A stretch of DNA of 60,886 nucleotides from Pristiophorus japonicus (taxonomy: Eukaryota): NCBI RefSeq assembly GCF_044704955.1, contig NC_091999.1:23002001-23062886 (forward strand), written 5' to 3'. Of the stretch, positions 27,825 through 40,599 are shown piece after piece. A program made the translations under genes and the position numbers. The notes below the pieces were generated by a model that saw nothing but the letters and a program-made list of their open reading frames with translations, made no database searches and was not told the DNA's origin. The number at the start of each line of letters is the position of its first letter. The first letter of the stretch is position 1.

Positions 27825-28262
27825 GGGGTCAGCGCAGAGTGATGCACGGCAGATTCAGAGACAAGAGCCCCGGATATATTTAAAGGAACTCTTTACTAGT
27901 CTTGGTCCAAAGCAGCAGAAAACCGTCCTGGAAAATCAGGAGACTGATTCCTATTCCCCTTGCCGTATCTGTTCAGTAAATATCTCGGAGCTTCCCCGGG
28001 ATACAGGACATAGCAGAAGAGAATTGGGGCAGTGTACGCTGCTGAGTAATTACAGTCCAGTTTTGAGGTCTGACCCACCTGAATCATTACTTCAGACGGA
28101 TGCTGGGACACTGAATCTTTGCCACTCCTTCCTGTAACAAAATACAGAATGTGTTAAAAGTCTGATGGTAAATATAACCCATGGAACACAAACTGACCCT
28201 TTAAACATAGATTCACCCGGCAGCACGGCAATTATTATCAGTAGTGAAAATGGGGAACACAT
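27825..28262 (-). pseudogene. TCR alpha/delta-type V gene segment (pseudogene), leader exon 28217-28262 and V exon 27825-28131
   Basis: Leader MCSPFSLLIIIAVLP G|GT, a short intron, then V exon GRSGKDSVSQHPSEVMIQVGQTSKLDCNYSAAYTAPILFCYVLYPGEAPRYLL...GRFSAALDQD**RVPLNISGALVSESAVHHSALT. It has two stops, WY changed to CY and YYC changed to HHS; a 23-RSS follows. Confidence 0.9.
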
Positions 28263-28807
28263 GGCGTCTGGTTTAGATTTCGATGTACAATAATTGAATG
28301 TTTTAAATATGTTGTCGTTTGTGGTCTGATAATAAAGAGAAAACCCAAATCAGCGGCAGTCTTCATTTATTTCGAAACTGAGGTGCGTTTCTCAGGGCTT
28401 GGAATGGATGATCTCTCAGATCCAACGCCAGCTGTGGACGAATCACTGTCGGTTGAGGACCAATTACTGCTGACTCCCTCCAAACTCTTTCCTTCCCAGT
28501 CAGTGCCTGTGTGTCTTTCTATCTGTCTCACACTCCTGCACCGTGTCCCTGTCAATCGCACTGCCTCTTTCTGGCTGTGTATACCTTTCGGTCGACCTCA
28601 ATATCTCTATCAATAGATAGATAGATCTCGCCATATTTAAGATGAAAAAGTAAATAATTCCAAATTAATTTCAAGCCCTAGTATTAATGAATATCGTCCA
28701 ATTTATCAGCATCATTAATAGTTACAGTCTTAAAGCCACTTGGACACGATAATAGTAAAACCGGGATACGATACCAGTTAAGAGCTGATTTCAATCAGTC
28801 ACTACTT

Positions 28808-31204
28808 AGAAACATAGAAACATAGAAAATAGGTGCAGGAGTAGGCCATTCGGCCCTTCTAGCCTGCACCGCCATTCAATGAGTTCATGGCTGAACATTC
28901 AACTTCAGTACACCATTCCTGCTTTCTCACCATACCCCTTGATTCCCCTAGTAGTAAGGACTTCATCTAACTCCTTTTTGAATATATTTAGTGAATTGGC
29001 CTCAACAACTTTCTGTGGTAGAGAATTCCACAGGTTCACCACTCTCTGGGTGAAGAAATTCCTCCTCATCTAGATCCTAAATGGCTTCCACCTTATCCTT
29101 AGACTGTGTCCCCTGGTTCTGGACTTCCCCAACATTGGGAACATTCTTCCTGCATCTAACCTGTCTAACCCCGTCAGAATTTTAAACGTTTCTATGAGGT
29201 CCCCTCTCATTCTTCTGAACTCCAGTGAATACAAGCCCAGTTGATCCAGTCTTTCTTGATAGGTCAGTCCCGCCATCCCGGGAATCAGTCTGGTGAACCT
29301 TCGCTGCACTCCTTCAATAGCAAGAATGTCCTTCCTCAGGTTAGGAGACCAAAACTGTACACAATACTCCAGGTGTGGCCTCACCAAGGCCCTGTACAAT
29401 TGTAGCAACACCTCGCTGCCCTTGTACTCAAATCCCCTCGCTATGAAGGCCAACATGCCATTTGCTTTCTTAACCGCCTGCTGTACCTGCATGCCAACCT
29501 TCAATGACTGATGTACCATGACACCGAGCTCTCTTTGCACCTGCCCTTTTCCTAATCTGTTACCATTCAGATAATAGTCTGTCTCTCTGTTTTTACCACC
29601 AAAGTGGATAACCTCACATTTATCCACATTATACTTCATCTGCCATGCATTTGCCCACTCACCTAACCTATCCAAGTCGCTATGCAGCCTCATAGAATCC
29701 TCCTTGCAGCTCACACTGCCACGCAACTTAGTGTCATCCGCAAATTGTGAGATACTACATTTAATCCCCTCGTCTAAATCATTAATGTACTGTGTAAACC
29801 GCTGGGGCCCCAGCACAGAACTTTGCGGTACCCCACTAGTTACTGCCTGCCATTCTGAAAAGTCCCCATTTACTCCTACTCTTTGCTTCCTGTCTGACAA
29901 CCAGTTCTCAATCCATGTCAGCACACTACCCCCAATCCCATGTGCTTTAACTTTGCACATTAATCTCTTGTGTGGGACCTTGTCGAAAGCCTTCTGAAAG
30001 TCCAAATATACCACATCAACTGGTTCTCCCTTGTCCACTCTACTGGAAACATCCTCAAAAAATTCCAGATGATTTGTCAAGCATGATTTCCCTTTCACAA
30101 ATCCATGCTGACTTGGACCTATCATATTACCTCTTTCCAAATGCACTGCGATGACATCCTTAATAATTGATTCCATCATTTTACCCACTACCGATGTCAG
30201 GCTGACCGGTCTGTAATTCCCTGTTTTCTCTCTCCCTCCTTTTTTAAAAAGTGGGGTTACATTGGCTACCCTCCACTCCATAGGAACTGATCCAGATTCA
30301 ATGGAATGTTGGAAAATGACTGTCAATGCATCCACTATTTCCAAGGCCACTTCCTTAAGTACTCTGGGATGCAGTCCATCAGGCCCTGGGATTTATCGGC
30401 CTTCAATCCCATCAATTCCCCCAACACAATTTCCCGACTAATTAGGATTTCCCTCAGTTCCTCCTCCTTACTAGACCCTCCGACCCCTTTTATATCCGGA
30501 AGGTTGTTTGTGTCCTCCTCAGTGAATACCGAACCAAAGTACTTGTTCAATTGGTCCGCCATTTCTTTGTTCCCCGTTATGACTTCCCCTGATTCTGACT
30601 GCAGGGGACCTACGTTTGTCTTTACTAAACTTTTTCTCTTTACATATCTATGGAAACTTTTGCAATCCGTCTTAATGTTCCCTGCAAGCTTCTTCTCATA
30701 CTCCATTTTCCCTGCCCTAATCAAACCCTTTGTCCTCCTCTGCTGAGTTCTAAATTTCTCCCAGTCCCCGGGTTCTCTGTTATTTCTGGCCAATTTGTAT
30801 GCCACTTCCTTGGCTTAAATGCAATCCCTGATTTCCCTTGATAGCCACGGTTGAGCCACCTTCCCTTTTTTATTTTTACGACAGACAGGAATGTACAATT
30901 GTTGTAGTTCATCCATGCGGTCTCTAAATGTCTGCCATTGCCCATCCACAGTCAACCCCTTCAGTATCATTCGCCAATTAATCCTAGCCAATACACGCCT
31001 CATACCTTCAAAGTTACCCTTCTTTAAGTTCTGGACCATGGTCTCTGAATTAACTGTTTGATTCTCCATCCTAATGCAGAATTCCACCATATTATGGTCA
31101 CTCTTCCCCAAGGGGCCTCGCACAACGAGATTGCTCATTAATCCTCTCTCATTACACAACACCCAGTCTAAGATGGCCTCCCCGCTCGTTGGTTCCTCGA
31201 CATA
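28808..31204 (-). mobile_element. Young 5'-truncated CR1 LINE
   Basis: A 426-aa open RT frame (NYRPVSLTS, YLDFQKAFDKVPH, FADDTK) plus the endonuclease end (GKSDHN); (GAAACATA)n tail at the left end. Confidence 0.96.
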
Positions 31205-31569
31205 TTTATGGTATTAGCATCCCAGAAGCTCTGAATTTTCCCGCCCCCGAGGCCGACTTAGAGATTAGATCACTTTTGAAAGACGCAAATGTCAGACCTG
31301 CATCACCCAGGACTTTTACTTTCACAGATTGAGCCTGTTAGTAATCATAGAGATCTGCAGGGTTGTGTAGTACTGGAGTGGAAATGTCTGAATTTGATGG
31401 TACAATAAAATGCTAGAAATATTTCACGTTTCCCAACACTGACAGCAATGACTTTAACTGAAGAAAAACTCTCGGATCAGGTTGTACTTTCACATTTATT
31501 TCCTCAACAAACTCTGTTGGTTTCAATCCCTGGCATTTTTCCAGAGCCCACACTTGCTGACCTGTGCCC

Positions 31570-31608
31570 TGTTTATACATGACGCCCGAGGGATTCTTAT
31601 TCACTGTG
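31570..31608 (-). promoter_or_regulatory. Recombination signal sequence, 23-bp spacer
   Basis: Perfect heptamer CACAGTG, 23-nt spacer, divergent nonamer GTATAAACA. Confidence 0.85.
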
Positions 31609-31883
31609 GGTCATCGCACATAGTAATACACGGCACTGTTTCTGATCTTAATGCCTTTCATGGATAAGTGAAAAGTTCTTTGTGTCCGGTTGAGATTACT
31701 GCTGAAGTGTTCAAATGCCTTAACTATCGGCTCCGATCAGATACTGAGGGGCTTGGTGGGGATACTGCAGATACCAGAACAGGCCATAGCTTGTAGCCAA
31801 TACAGGGTAACTGCAAGTTATTGCTGAATCTGCACCCAACTCTGACCCGACTCCTTGGGACACAGAGTCTCCGCTAGTCATCC
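31609..31883 (-). pseudogene. TCR alpha/delta-type V exon (pseudogene)
   Basis: The acceptor ttttcag is followed by MTSGDSVSQGVGSELGADSAITCSYPVLATSYGLFWYLQYPHQAPQYLIGADS*, then a frameshift into FEHFSSNLNRTQRTFHLSMKGIKIRNSAVYYYVR. A leader remnant without ATG lies at about 31945-31990. Confidence 0.88.
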
Positions 31884-32256
31884 CTGAAAATAAACAGCAG
31901 ACACACAGCAGGTTAGACAGAGAAACAGGTAGAGAAGAAGCACCCGTAGATGGAAACGAGAAGTTGTATGAGAACTGGAGAATCTTATCGAATGGTTCCA
32001 ATATCACAGACCTCTGTTCAGCACAATAATCAGAGACAGGCAGAGTTTCATTTCAATTGTTCCAGTCTAAACTCCAGGAAAAAGAGATTGTCATCACTGC
32101 CTTTACCGGACCTGAAATTGAAAACTCAAATAGGACGGGGATCTTATCAGCTTGGCTGAGATTTCTTCTTCCCGCCAATTTTTAACTCTCGAAACAGCCA
32201 CCACTTTACATAGAGATCATGATCTTTGTAAAGAGATCAGAGAGCTCACTCCTGCC

Positions 32257-33938
32257 GAGGGTCTAGTAAGGAGGAGGAACTGAGGGAAATCTTTATTAGT
32301 CGGGAAATTGTGTTGGGGAAATTGATGAGATTGAAGGCCGATAAATCCCCAGGGCCTAATGGACTGCATCCCAGAGTACTTAAGGAGGTGGCCTTGGAAA
32401 TAGTGGATGCATTGACAGTCATTTTCCAACATTCCATTGACTCTGGATCAGTTCCTATGGAGTGGAGGGTAGCCAATGTAACCCCACTTTTTAAAAAAGG
32501 AGGGAGAGAGAAAACAGGGAATTATAGACCGGTCAGCCTGACATCGGTAGCAGGTAAAATGATGGAATCAATTATTAAGGATTTCATAGCAGTGCATTTG
32601 GAAAGAGGTGATATGATAGGTCCAAGTCATCATGGATTTGTGAAAGGGAAATCATGCTTGACAAATCTTCTGGCATTTTTTGATGATGTTTCCAGTAGAG
32701 TGGACAAGGGAGAACCAGTTGATGGTATATTTTGTCTTTCAGAAGGCTTTCGACAAGGTCCCACACAAGAGATTAATGTGCAAAGTTAAAGCACATGGGA
32801 TTGGGGGTAGTGTGCTGACATGGATTGAGAACTGGTTGTCAGACAGGAAGCAAAGAGTAGGAGTAAATGGGACCTTTTCAGAATGGCAGGCAGTGACTAG
32901 TGGGGTACCGCAAGTTTCTGTGCTGGGGCCCCAGCTGTTTACACTGTACATTAATGATTTAGACGAGGGGATTAAAAGTAGTATCTCCAAATTTGGGGAT
33001 GACACTAAGTTGGGTGGCAGTGTGAGCTGCGAGGAGGATGCTATGAGGCTGCAGAGCGACTTGGATAGGTTAGGTGATTGGGCAAATGCAAATCAGATGA
33101 AGTATAATGTGGATAAATGTGAGGTTATCCACTTTGGTGGTAAAAACAGAGAGACAGACTATTATCTGAATGGTGACAGATTAGGAAAAGGGGAGGTGCA
33201 AAGACACCTGGGTGTCATGGTACATCAGTCATTGAAGGTTGGCATGCAGGTACAGCAGGCGGTTAAGAAAGCAAATGGCATGTTAGCCTTCATAGCGAGG
33301 GGATTTGAGTACAGGGCCATGGAGGTGTTGCTACAGTTGTACAGGGCCTTGGTGAGGCCATACCTGGAGTACTGTGTACAGTTTTGGTCTCCTAACCTGA
33401 GGAAGGACATTCTTGCTATTGAGGGAGTGCAGCGAAGGTTCACCAGACTGATTCCCGGGATGGCGGGACTGACCTATCAAGAAAGACTGGATCAACTGGG
33501 CTTGTATTCACTGGAGTTCAGAAGAATGAGAGGGGACCTCATAGAAACGTTTAAAATTCTGACGGGGTTAGACAGGTTAGATGCTGGAAGAATGTTCCCA
33601 ATGTTGGGGAAGTCCAGAACCAGGGGACACAGCCTAAGGATAAGGGGGAAGCCATTTAGGACCGAGTTGAGGAGGAATTTCTTCACCCAGAGAGTGGTGA
33701 ACCTGTGGAATTCTCTACCACAGAAAGTTGTTGAGGCCAATACACTAAATATATTCAAAAAGGAGTTAGATGAAGTCCTTACTACTAGGGGAATCAAGGG
33801 GTATGGTGAGAACGCAGGAATGGGGTGCTGAAGTTGCATGTTCAGCCATGAACTCATTGAATGGCGGTACAGGCTAGAAGGGCCGAATTGTCTACTCCTG
33901 CACCTATTTTCTATGTTTCTCTGTTTCTATGTTTCTAT
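32257..33938 (+). mobile_element. Young 5'-truncated CR1 LINE
   Basis: 159-aa and 383-aa RT frames, near-identical to the 28.8-31.2 kb copy; (TTTCTATG)n tail. Confidence 0.96.
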
Positions 33939-35029
33939 CACTTCTTAATAAGTATTTCTTTCTCAGTGAAAATCCATTCTCCCCTTGACTGCTGCAACCC
34001 AGATGTACTTATTGTTTAAATATGCAATCGTGGCGATGATGGTTAATTTGTTTGAGATGATGGTGACGATGAATATGATGACTATTACTATTATTTAATG
34101 TTACAATGGAGACATCACGACACAGTGGAACAGGCAGTTCCTGAAATGATGTTGAAGAGGAAAGTATTAACACAAACGCCTGCCACTTGAAAATAATTTA
34201 TTCGTGTTTTATCTCTATGCAGCGAGAGTAAAACGGCGGATTAATATTAGTTTGTGATTTCAACTCGTATTTATAATAAAATAAACTTCAGAAATCATGT
34301 CTGTGGTGGCACAATTCACCCTTTGTCTTTCGATGCTACTTCCGTGCCTGTCTGTACCTTCTCTTCCCCTGTCTCCACTCTTTATCCATAAAGCTACGAA
34401 CTTCCTTCTCTCTGTCTCTGGTAAAACGATGTAAAACCTTTGCTGCTGCTCGGCATATTATTTCAGGATGCTCTAAACCAGCTTCCCACAAGGAGGAACT
34501 GCATCAGGTCAGTGAATATCCCACACTTTCCCCCGATATCTGAACAATTCACAGAATATCTGTAGATGGTGTCAGGTCACAATATACATTTTGTGGATCA
34601 GATCCCGGGCATTGTGTTAAATTATGCTTTATTCCAAAAGTTGTGCAAATTGTCGAATGAATTGAAGATTAATGTGTGAAATCAGCAATGGGTTGGGTCG
34701 GTACATCGGGCACAATCATCAAAAAAAGACATCAGTCATATCGAACGATGGCTTTGCTTAGTAAACTGTGGACAGAACACGTGACTAGAAGGGTGTGGCA
34801 GATCGAAAACGCAACATTAAAATGTGAATCAATGACACACACTTTGATCTGATTTCTGATGCCATTAATTATACCAATGGTAGAGATCGATATTAACGGG
34901 GTGAACAATAAATCGAATCCGCCTGTACTTTATTTGATTTCTGCGCCATATCCATTTCTAATATGAGTGAAAGTTGTAAGTACAGTTTTTCCGGCCATGC
35001 TGATGTTGATCTTTTATTAAAAAGTACCC

Positions 35030-35395
35030 GGCCTACACCTCGCCTTGGGGGTCTGAACCCGCTCCCCATCTCACCCCGCGTTCTGAACCCGCCCTACACC
35101 TCACACTGGTGCTCTGCACCTGCTCCACACCTCACCCTTAGGGCACTGAAATCGCCCTACCTCTCACCCTGGGGGTCTAAACACGCCATACACATCACCC
35201 TGGGGCTATTGGTTCACCTTACACCTACCCTAGCGGTCTGAACACGCCTAACACCTCAGTCTGGTGGTTTGATGCCGTCCAACACCTCACTCCGGGGGCC
35301 GTGAATCTGCCCTGCACCACACCCTGGCGATTTACAGTCGCCCAACAGTCATCCTCTGCGTTTGAACCCGGCCTCCACTCACCCGGCCCTTTTGT
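35030..35395. repeat. Degenerate ~30-bp C-rich tandem repeat
   Basis: Recurrent acacctcaccctgggggtctgaacccgccc-like units. Confidence 0.75.
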
Positions 35396-35886
35396 ACAAT
35401 TTCCCTGCATTCTGCTCCCGTGAGCATTAAATAGACGAACGGGAAATTGCTGAAAAGCGCCCCTCCCTCTATAAAACAAAGCCATCAACAATCCTGCAAA
35501 TTTCAGTCACAATAACCAGGTAGGGGTTTCATTCCCAGCACTGGTGTTTAAAACTGAACCATTCGCGTATAAGTACACTGAGTGTAGCCCAGCTCGGAGT
35601 GTTTCCGTACACTGGCTGCAAGCTCACCACCTATGGTCTCACAGCACAACTGGGAGCATCATGAGACACGACACACGATTATTGAGGGTGGGTATTGGAA
35701 TGGGTGTCTTCAAATATACAAACCCCTTTTACAGAGCAGCAGCGACAATACGATGACTCAGCACATTTCTGACAGATAATTGTGGACAAAACCTATTCAA
35801 TCTTTTCTATCATTTCTAATATGGGTTGAAACTAAATTGTAATCACAGGCCGGTCTGACCATTTCCTGTTTTAACAAGTTGTCCAG

Positions 35887-36187
35887 ATCTGAGTAAAGGA
35901 GACTCTGTCACTCACCAGCTGTCCTGAGGAGTTCAGGCACAGGGTGCAATGCTGAATTTAAGCTGTATTATAAAACTGCATGGAGCTTGTATTATTTATT
36001 CTGGTATTGTTAACACCCAGACACACAGCCCACGTTTACACTAAGGCAATATTCTAGCGGTGGTGAGAATAATGCAGATTTTGCTCAAACCCGTTTCTCT
36101 GCAGAGCTCCAGACCGCGAATAAATTCATCAGCTTAAACATCTCCGGGATGCAGCCTACTGCGCATGTATTACTGCGCCCTGAGACT
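35887..36187 (+). pseudogene. TCR alpha/delta-type V exon (pseudogene, inverted relative to neighbours)
   Basis: The acceptor gtccag is followed by LSKGDSVTHQLS*GVQAQGAMLNLSC/(frameshift)YKTAWSLYYLFWYC*HPDTQPTFTLRQYSSGGENNADFAQTRFSAELQTANKFISLNISGMQPT/(frameshift)MYYCALR. Confidence 0.88.
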
Positions 36188-36226
36188 TGTAGTGATGGGA
36201 AGCAACATCACCACCGTACAAAAACT
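36188..36226 (+). promoter_or_regulatory. Degenerate RSS, 23-bp spacer
   Basis: Heptamer TGTAGTG (the essential CAC is lost), 23-nt spacer, nonamer ACAAAAACT. Confidence 0.8.
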
Positions 36227-37689
36227 GCCATTGGCCTGTTGGGCGGAGCTCCTGCCTGTTGGAATCGCGGGCAGATGCAGCCACAGTGTGCAGCGCGCTG
36301 TCAGGCGCTCAGACACACAGAGAATATACCAAATTAACCTCGGATCCAATTGTCACCCAAATGATTCCAGGAGTGCCGAGAAAACAAGTTGCATTATTCA
36401 ATCGGTCCGAAAATTGACCTGTGATTCGACCACCATCGAATGAACTGACTTCTAAACTGTCCTTTCTGCTTCTGATCAGCTGTTTTCCCTTGATTTGATG
36501 GATGGATGTTCAGATCATCTCCAGGAGCTCCAAGGTCAGCTTGTCGCTTAGTTAATAGGAAAGGTTTTAGTTCCTATATTCTGCCTCTGTGGGTGATTTC
36601 CTCCCGTGTATTCCTTTAAAGCTGGATATTTATCATTTGTTCTGCTCGTGGAAGGCTCCGGCCCATTACTTTCTTTAAGTTTCACCTAAAGACAGCTGTA
36701 TAATTCCAAACTTGAAAACATTGGTCTTGCAATCACTCAACCGAATGAGGGAGGACATGAAAGAGAAAATAGGTGTATGTTTCGGGGACTCTGGGGAAAA
36801 TAAAGATTTTTGTACAATTTGCTATTCTTACTTTCCGGTCTCTGACTCAATAATATAATTTCCATGCTTTGGTTAACCTGAAATACATCTGACCAAGTGC
36901 TATTAGCTCATACGGAGAGCTCTGATTGCCTTAAGGGGGCTTGACTAAATTGGCATTCACTGATTCCTTTAGCTCACATCCTTTCAATGATATAAGGAGT
37001 CGTGAATAACAGAGCTTTCACAATGGAAAGCGGCCTAAAAAGGCTCAATGTGGTCCCCGGGCCGCGGTGCTCCATCGGAGAACTGTTCGCACATGTGCTA
37101 CTCGCCAAACGACAAAGCATCTGGGTAGTGTGAAGGGCATTGTGGCTCAAACCTGTCAAACACTTTAATCGTTGCTGCCTGTATCTTTATTTCTGTCGCC
37201 GATTTGCTACTTTTTATTGAGAAAGTAAAATTGTTTCCTTTGTGGGAATTTAAGTCATGTTTTATTTAAATGGTTGTAAAGAAACATTAGTTCATGTAAT
37301 GAGACGTCACAGAAACATAGCTACGTCACACTAACACGGCCGACAGCACATCAAACATATATGGTCAACTGTTTGTCAGAAACAAATGGTGGAAAGTACG
37401 TCAAACAGATGCTTTTGAAAAGTAGGCGATGTCTCAGTGCTTATTGCAGCACGTTTCATCCGGGCGTAGGAGCGGCTCACATGCCCAGCCGCCCACAGGA
37501 AACTCAGATGCAGCTCTTCCTGCTACTCCAGCTTTAAATTCCCTTGTTCATTACCAGCTTCTTCAACAGTAACTGCATATCTTGACAAGAAAACCTCCTT
37601 AGAATGTATAATCATAACTATGTTCCTTCCATATTTCATTTCTCCTGATCTCTTGGCTATTGTATGGTTTGCTCTGTTAGTTAGTCAAT

Positions 37690-38960
37690 CTTCTATCAAT
37701 GGTAACATATTACACAACCAGGTGAGCTTTTAACTTGTGCAGTAACCACTTATGTGGTACATTATCGAATGCCTTCTGGAAATCCAAATACAACATATCT
37801 ACTGATTACCCTTTATCCACCCTGCTCGTTACCCACTCCAGCAAATTTTTCAAACGTGATTTGCCTTTCATAAAACCATGCAGACTCTTCTTGATTGAAT
37901 CCTGCTTTCCAAATGTCCCGATACTGCTTCCTTAATAATGGACTCCAGCATTTTCGCAATGACAGATGTTTGGCTAACTGGTCTAGTTTCCTAATTTGTA
38001 GCTGCCTGATTTTTGAAATAGTCGCATTACATTTGTGGTTTTCCAATCTGCTGGGACCACCCCAGAATCCAGGGAATTTTGGTAGATTACAACAAATGCA
38101 TCAACTATCTCTGCAGCCACTTCTCCAAAGATCCTAAGATATAATGCATCAGGTCCAGGAGATTTGTCCAACTTTATTCCCATTATTTTACCGAATACCA
38201 TTTCATTAGTAAAAGTTATTGGATTAAGTTCCTCGCTACCTATAGCCCCTTGATTATCCACTATTGGGATGTTTTTGGTGTTTTCTACCGTGAATACCGG
38301 TACAAAATATTTGTTCAACGTCTCTGCCATTTCCCTGCGCTCCATTATTAATTCCCCTTCAAAGAGAATCTATTCTCCTGTTCCCATTCCCAAGCCAAGA
38401 TAATCTAAATCCTCCACAACAGCACTAGCAACCCCTCTCAACCCCCGCAAGCCCACCCGACCAACCCGCGAGGATATTGGTCCCGGCTCTGTTGAGGTGA
38501 AACCCGTTCCGGCTTGTACAGGTCACACCTCCACCAGAAGCGGTTCCAATTCATCAGGATTCGAAAGCCCTCCCTCCTGTATCGTTTCTCTAGTCACACA
38601 TCTACCTGCTCTATTCTCCTATATCCGTACTCACTAGCTCTTGACAACTGGATTAATCTGGAGATTACAAGTTTTGTGGTCTTGCTTTTTAATCTGTCTC
38701 CTAGCTCCCTAAATTCTGCCTGGAGAACCTCATCCCTCTTACTACCCATGTTGTTTGTCCCGATATGGACCAGGACCTCTGGCTGTTCACCCTCGTCCAC
38801 CCAGAAAGCCCTGCAACCGTTCGGTGACATCCTTGACCCTAGCTGCAGTGAGGCAACATACCATCCTGGAGTCACAGCTGCGGCCGCAGAACTGATTGTC
38901 TGCTTCCCTGACTATTGAAGCCCCAACCACTACAGCTCTTCCATTCTTCTTCCTCTCCCC
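37690..38960 (-). mobile_element. Older CR1 fragments (ORF2 linker/RT and ORF1 esterase)
   Basis: EMAETLNKYF..DKSPGPD; VVVGASIVR, VHIGTNNMG. Confidence 0.88.
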
Positions 38961-39731
38961 TTGCTCTTTAATAGAACCTGACATATGACTGTGACAGACC
39001 ATAATGTTAGAGGGACTGCGGTGTCGCTGTGCTGTCAATTGCACTCTGGGGCTTGACTTTCAAAGGCAGAGATAAAGGTGTCTTTATTCTGATGGGACAC
39101 TGGGTGGCACAGTGGCTCCTTAACCGAAGGAACTTGGATTGAAACAAAACGCAAAGTGGATGTGTAAAAAATATCAGTCAGGGAAATAAAACAAAGTGTA
39201 ATGGGATCTGCAACGGTGCGGATGAGCCTCCTAGAAAGGAATTCAACAACATGTCCAACTTAGTCCAATCGCCATTCCAGATTTATTAACAATTTCGCAA
39301 AGAACAATTTATAGAGAGCTTTTTCAAAAATGTAGCACAAAGTGAATATAACAGCACATTGAGACCACAACACCGGTGGTCTGAGCTGCCGGATATCTGT
39401 ACAAATGTAACAGGCATCTGGGAGAGAAAATAAGGGCTCAACATAAAAGGAAGGGAATAATTGAGCATTCGGAACGAGAAAAGTGACTTATTTCCCCAAG
39501 AAATATTCAAGCAACGGTGAAACTCTGAGATATATTTACATTATGGCCACGATTATCTCACACATTTCAAACAGAAAGATGGAAATCCCGGTTATGATAT
39601 TCTCAGCTACAGATTCGGATCTATTAATTGAAGCATTTTACTCTGAGAATCAGGATGGACATATTTATTTTCAGGACACAGAGTTGTTAATAAACAGAGA
39701 GGAAAATCCACGGCATCCGAAATTCAACCGT

Positions 39732-39740
39732 TCAGTTGAC
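39732..39740 (-). pseudogene. IGHM: IgM TM2 exon (V-N-stop)
   Basis: A polypyrimidine acceptor ctcttttacag followed by GTC AAC TGA, about 140 nt downstream of TM1, as expected for the short cytoplasmic tail exon. Confidence 0.75.
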
Positions 39741-39878
39741 CTGTAAAAGAGGTATTAAAGAGTGAAGTGAAGATCTAGTGGTATGGGGCATTTATCGCAA
39801 GGTTTTTATCAATGAAACATCCAGAGATTTGTCAAACCGCTTCAAACAGATCGATGTGAATGGATTGAATCTTCTCGC

Positions 39879-40006
39879 TTTCATCAGGGTGACGGCAGCG
39901 CTGTAGGAGATTCTCAGGAAGAACAGGATGATGAATGTGGAAGCGGTTGTCCAGATGTTGTCGCACTCATCCTCATAGTCTTCACTCGAGATGTGGTCTG
40001 AGGAAT
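39879..40006 (-). pseudogene. IGHM: IgM transmembrane exon TM1
   Basis: The acceptor ccccgtag is followed by DSSDHISSEDYEDECDNIWTTASTFIILFFLRISYSAAVTLMK, an Ig TM CART-type motif. The donor reads GCGAGA, and there is an Arg within the hydrophobic helix. Confidence 0.92.
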
Positions 40007-40599
40007 CTACGGGGATTAAGAGATAGAAATATATTGAGATCGCTTATGAAACCAAGATATCATGTGATCATATATTCTCTTTTCTTTTCCATGAATTATT
40101 ATTTTGTTCTCTAATTTAATTGTCAATATATACCTTCTGTTAAGTTAATCACTCTCGGCAATCTATCTCTGTTCCTACCTCCACAATCATTCGTCCTTTA
40201 TGATCCTCATATAGTCCGTGTTGGGAAATATGAACGTTGCCTTCAATGTCACACGCTAATTGATCTTGCATCAATTTTCTACGATCTACCATTCGGGAAT
40301 AGTATAATGTAAGATCGAGGGAGGTTTACTGATTGATATCGATAATTTAACGATAGGTTTAGATAGCTATTTATTTGGAGACTGTCAAGGAGACAAGGTA
40401 AGTGATCAGTTGTGAGTAATAATATTGTTTATTTACTTGTTATGGCTGTGCTCTGAACATAATTAACTTGTATCAGTTTCTAACAAGAACATGGATTCAG
40501 TGCAGGAATTGAGAAAGTGAGAATTATGTTTTCAGGAATTATTTATTCAGTGCAATTGTTGCATGCTGTGTCTATATAAAACGTGCATTGAATTCCACA

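Noticed and set aside
28392-28410. QGLEWM peptide resembling IgHV framework 2
   Set aside because: There is no upstream Cys/Trp framework, no YYC and no RSS; likely chance.
29070-30350. 426-aa ORF as a host gene
   Set aside because: It is the RT portion of a 5'-truncated CR1 ORF2, with near-identical copies elsewhere in the window.
37035-37100. Minus-strand RGPGTTLSL resembling a J segment
   Set aside because: It lacks F/W before G-x-G, a properly spaced RSS and a GT donor.
39109-39150. CACAGTG followed by an A-rich tract
   Set aside because: The spacing to the nonamer-like tract is neither 12 nor 23, and there is no convincing V coding sequence upstream.
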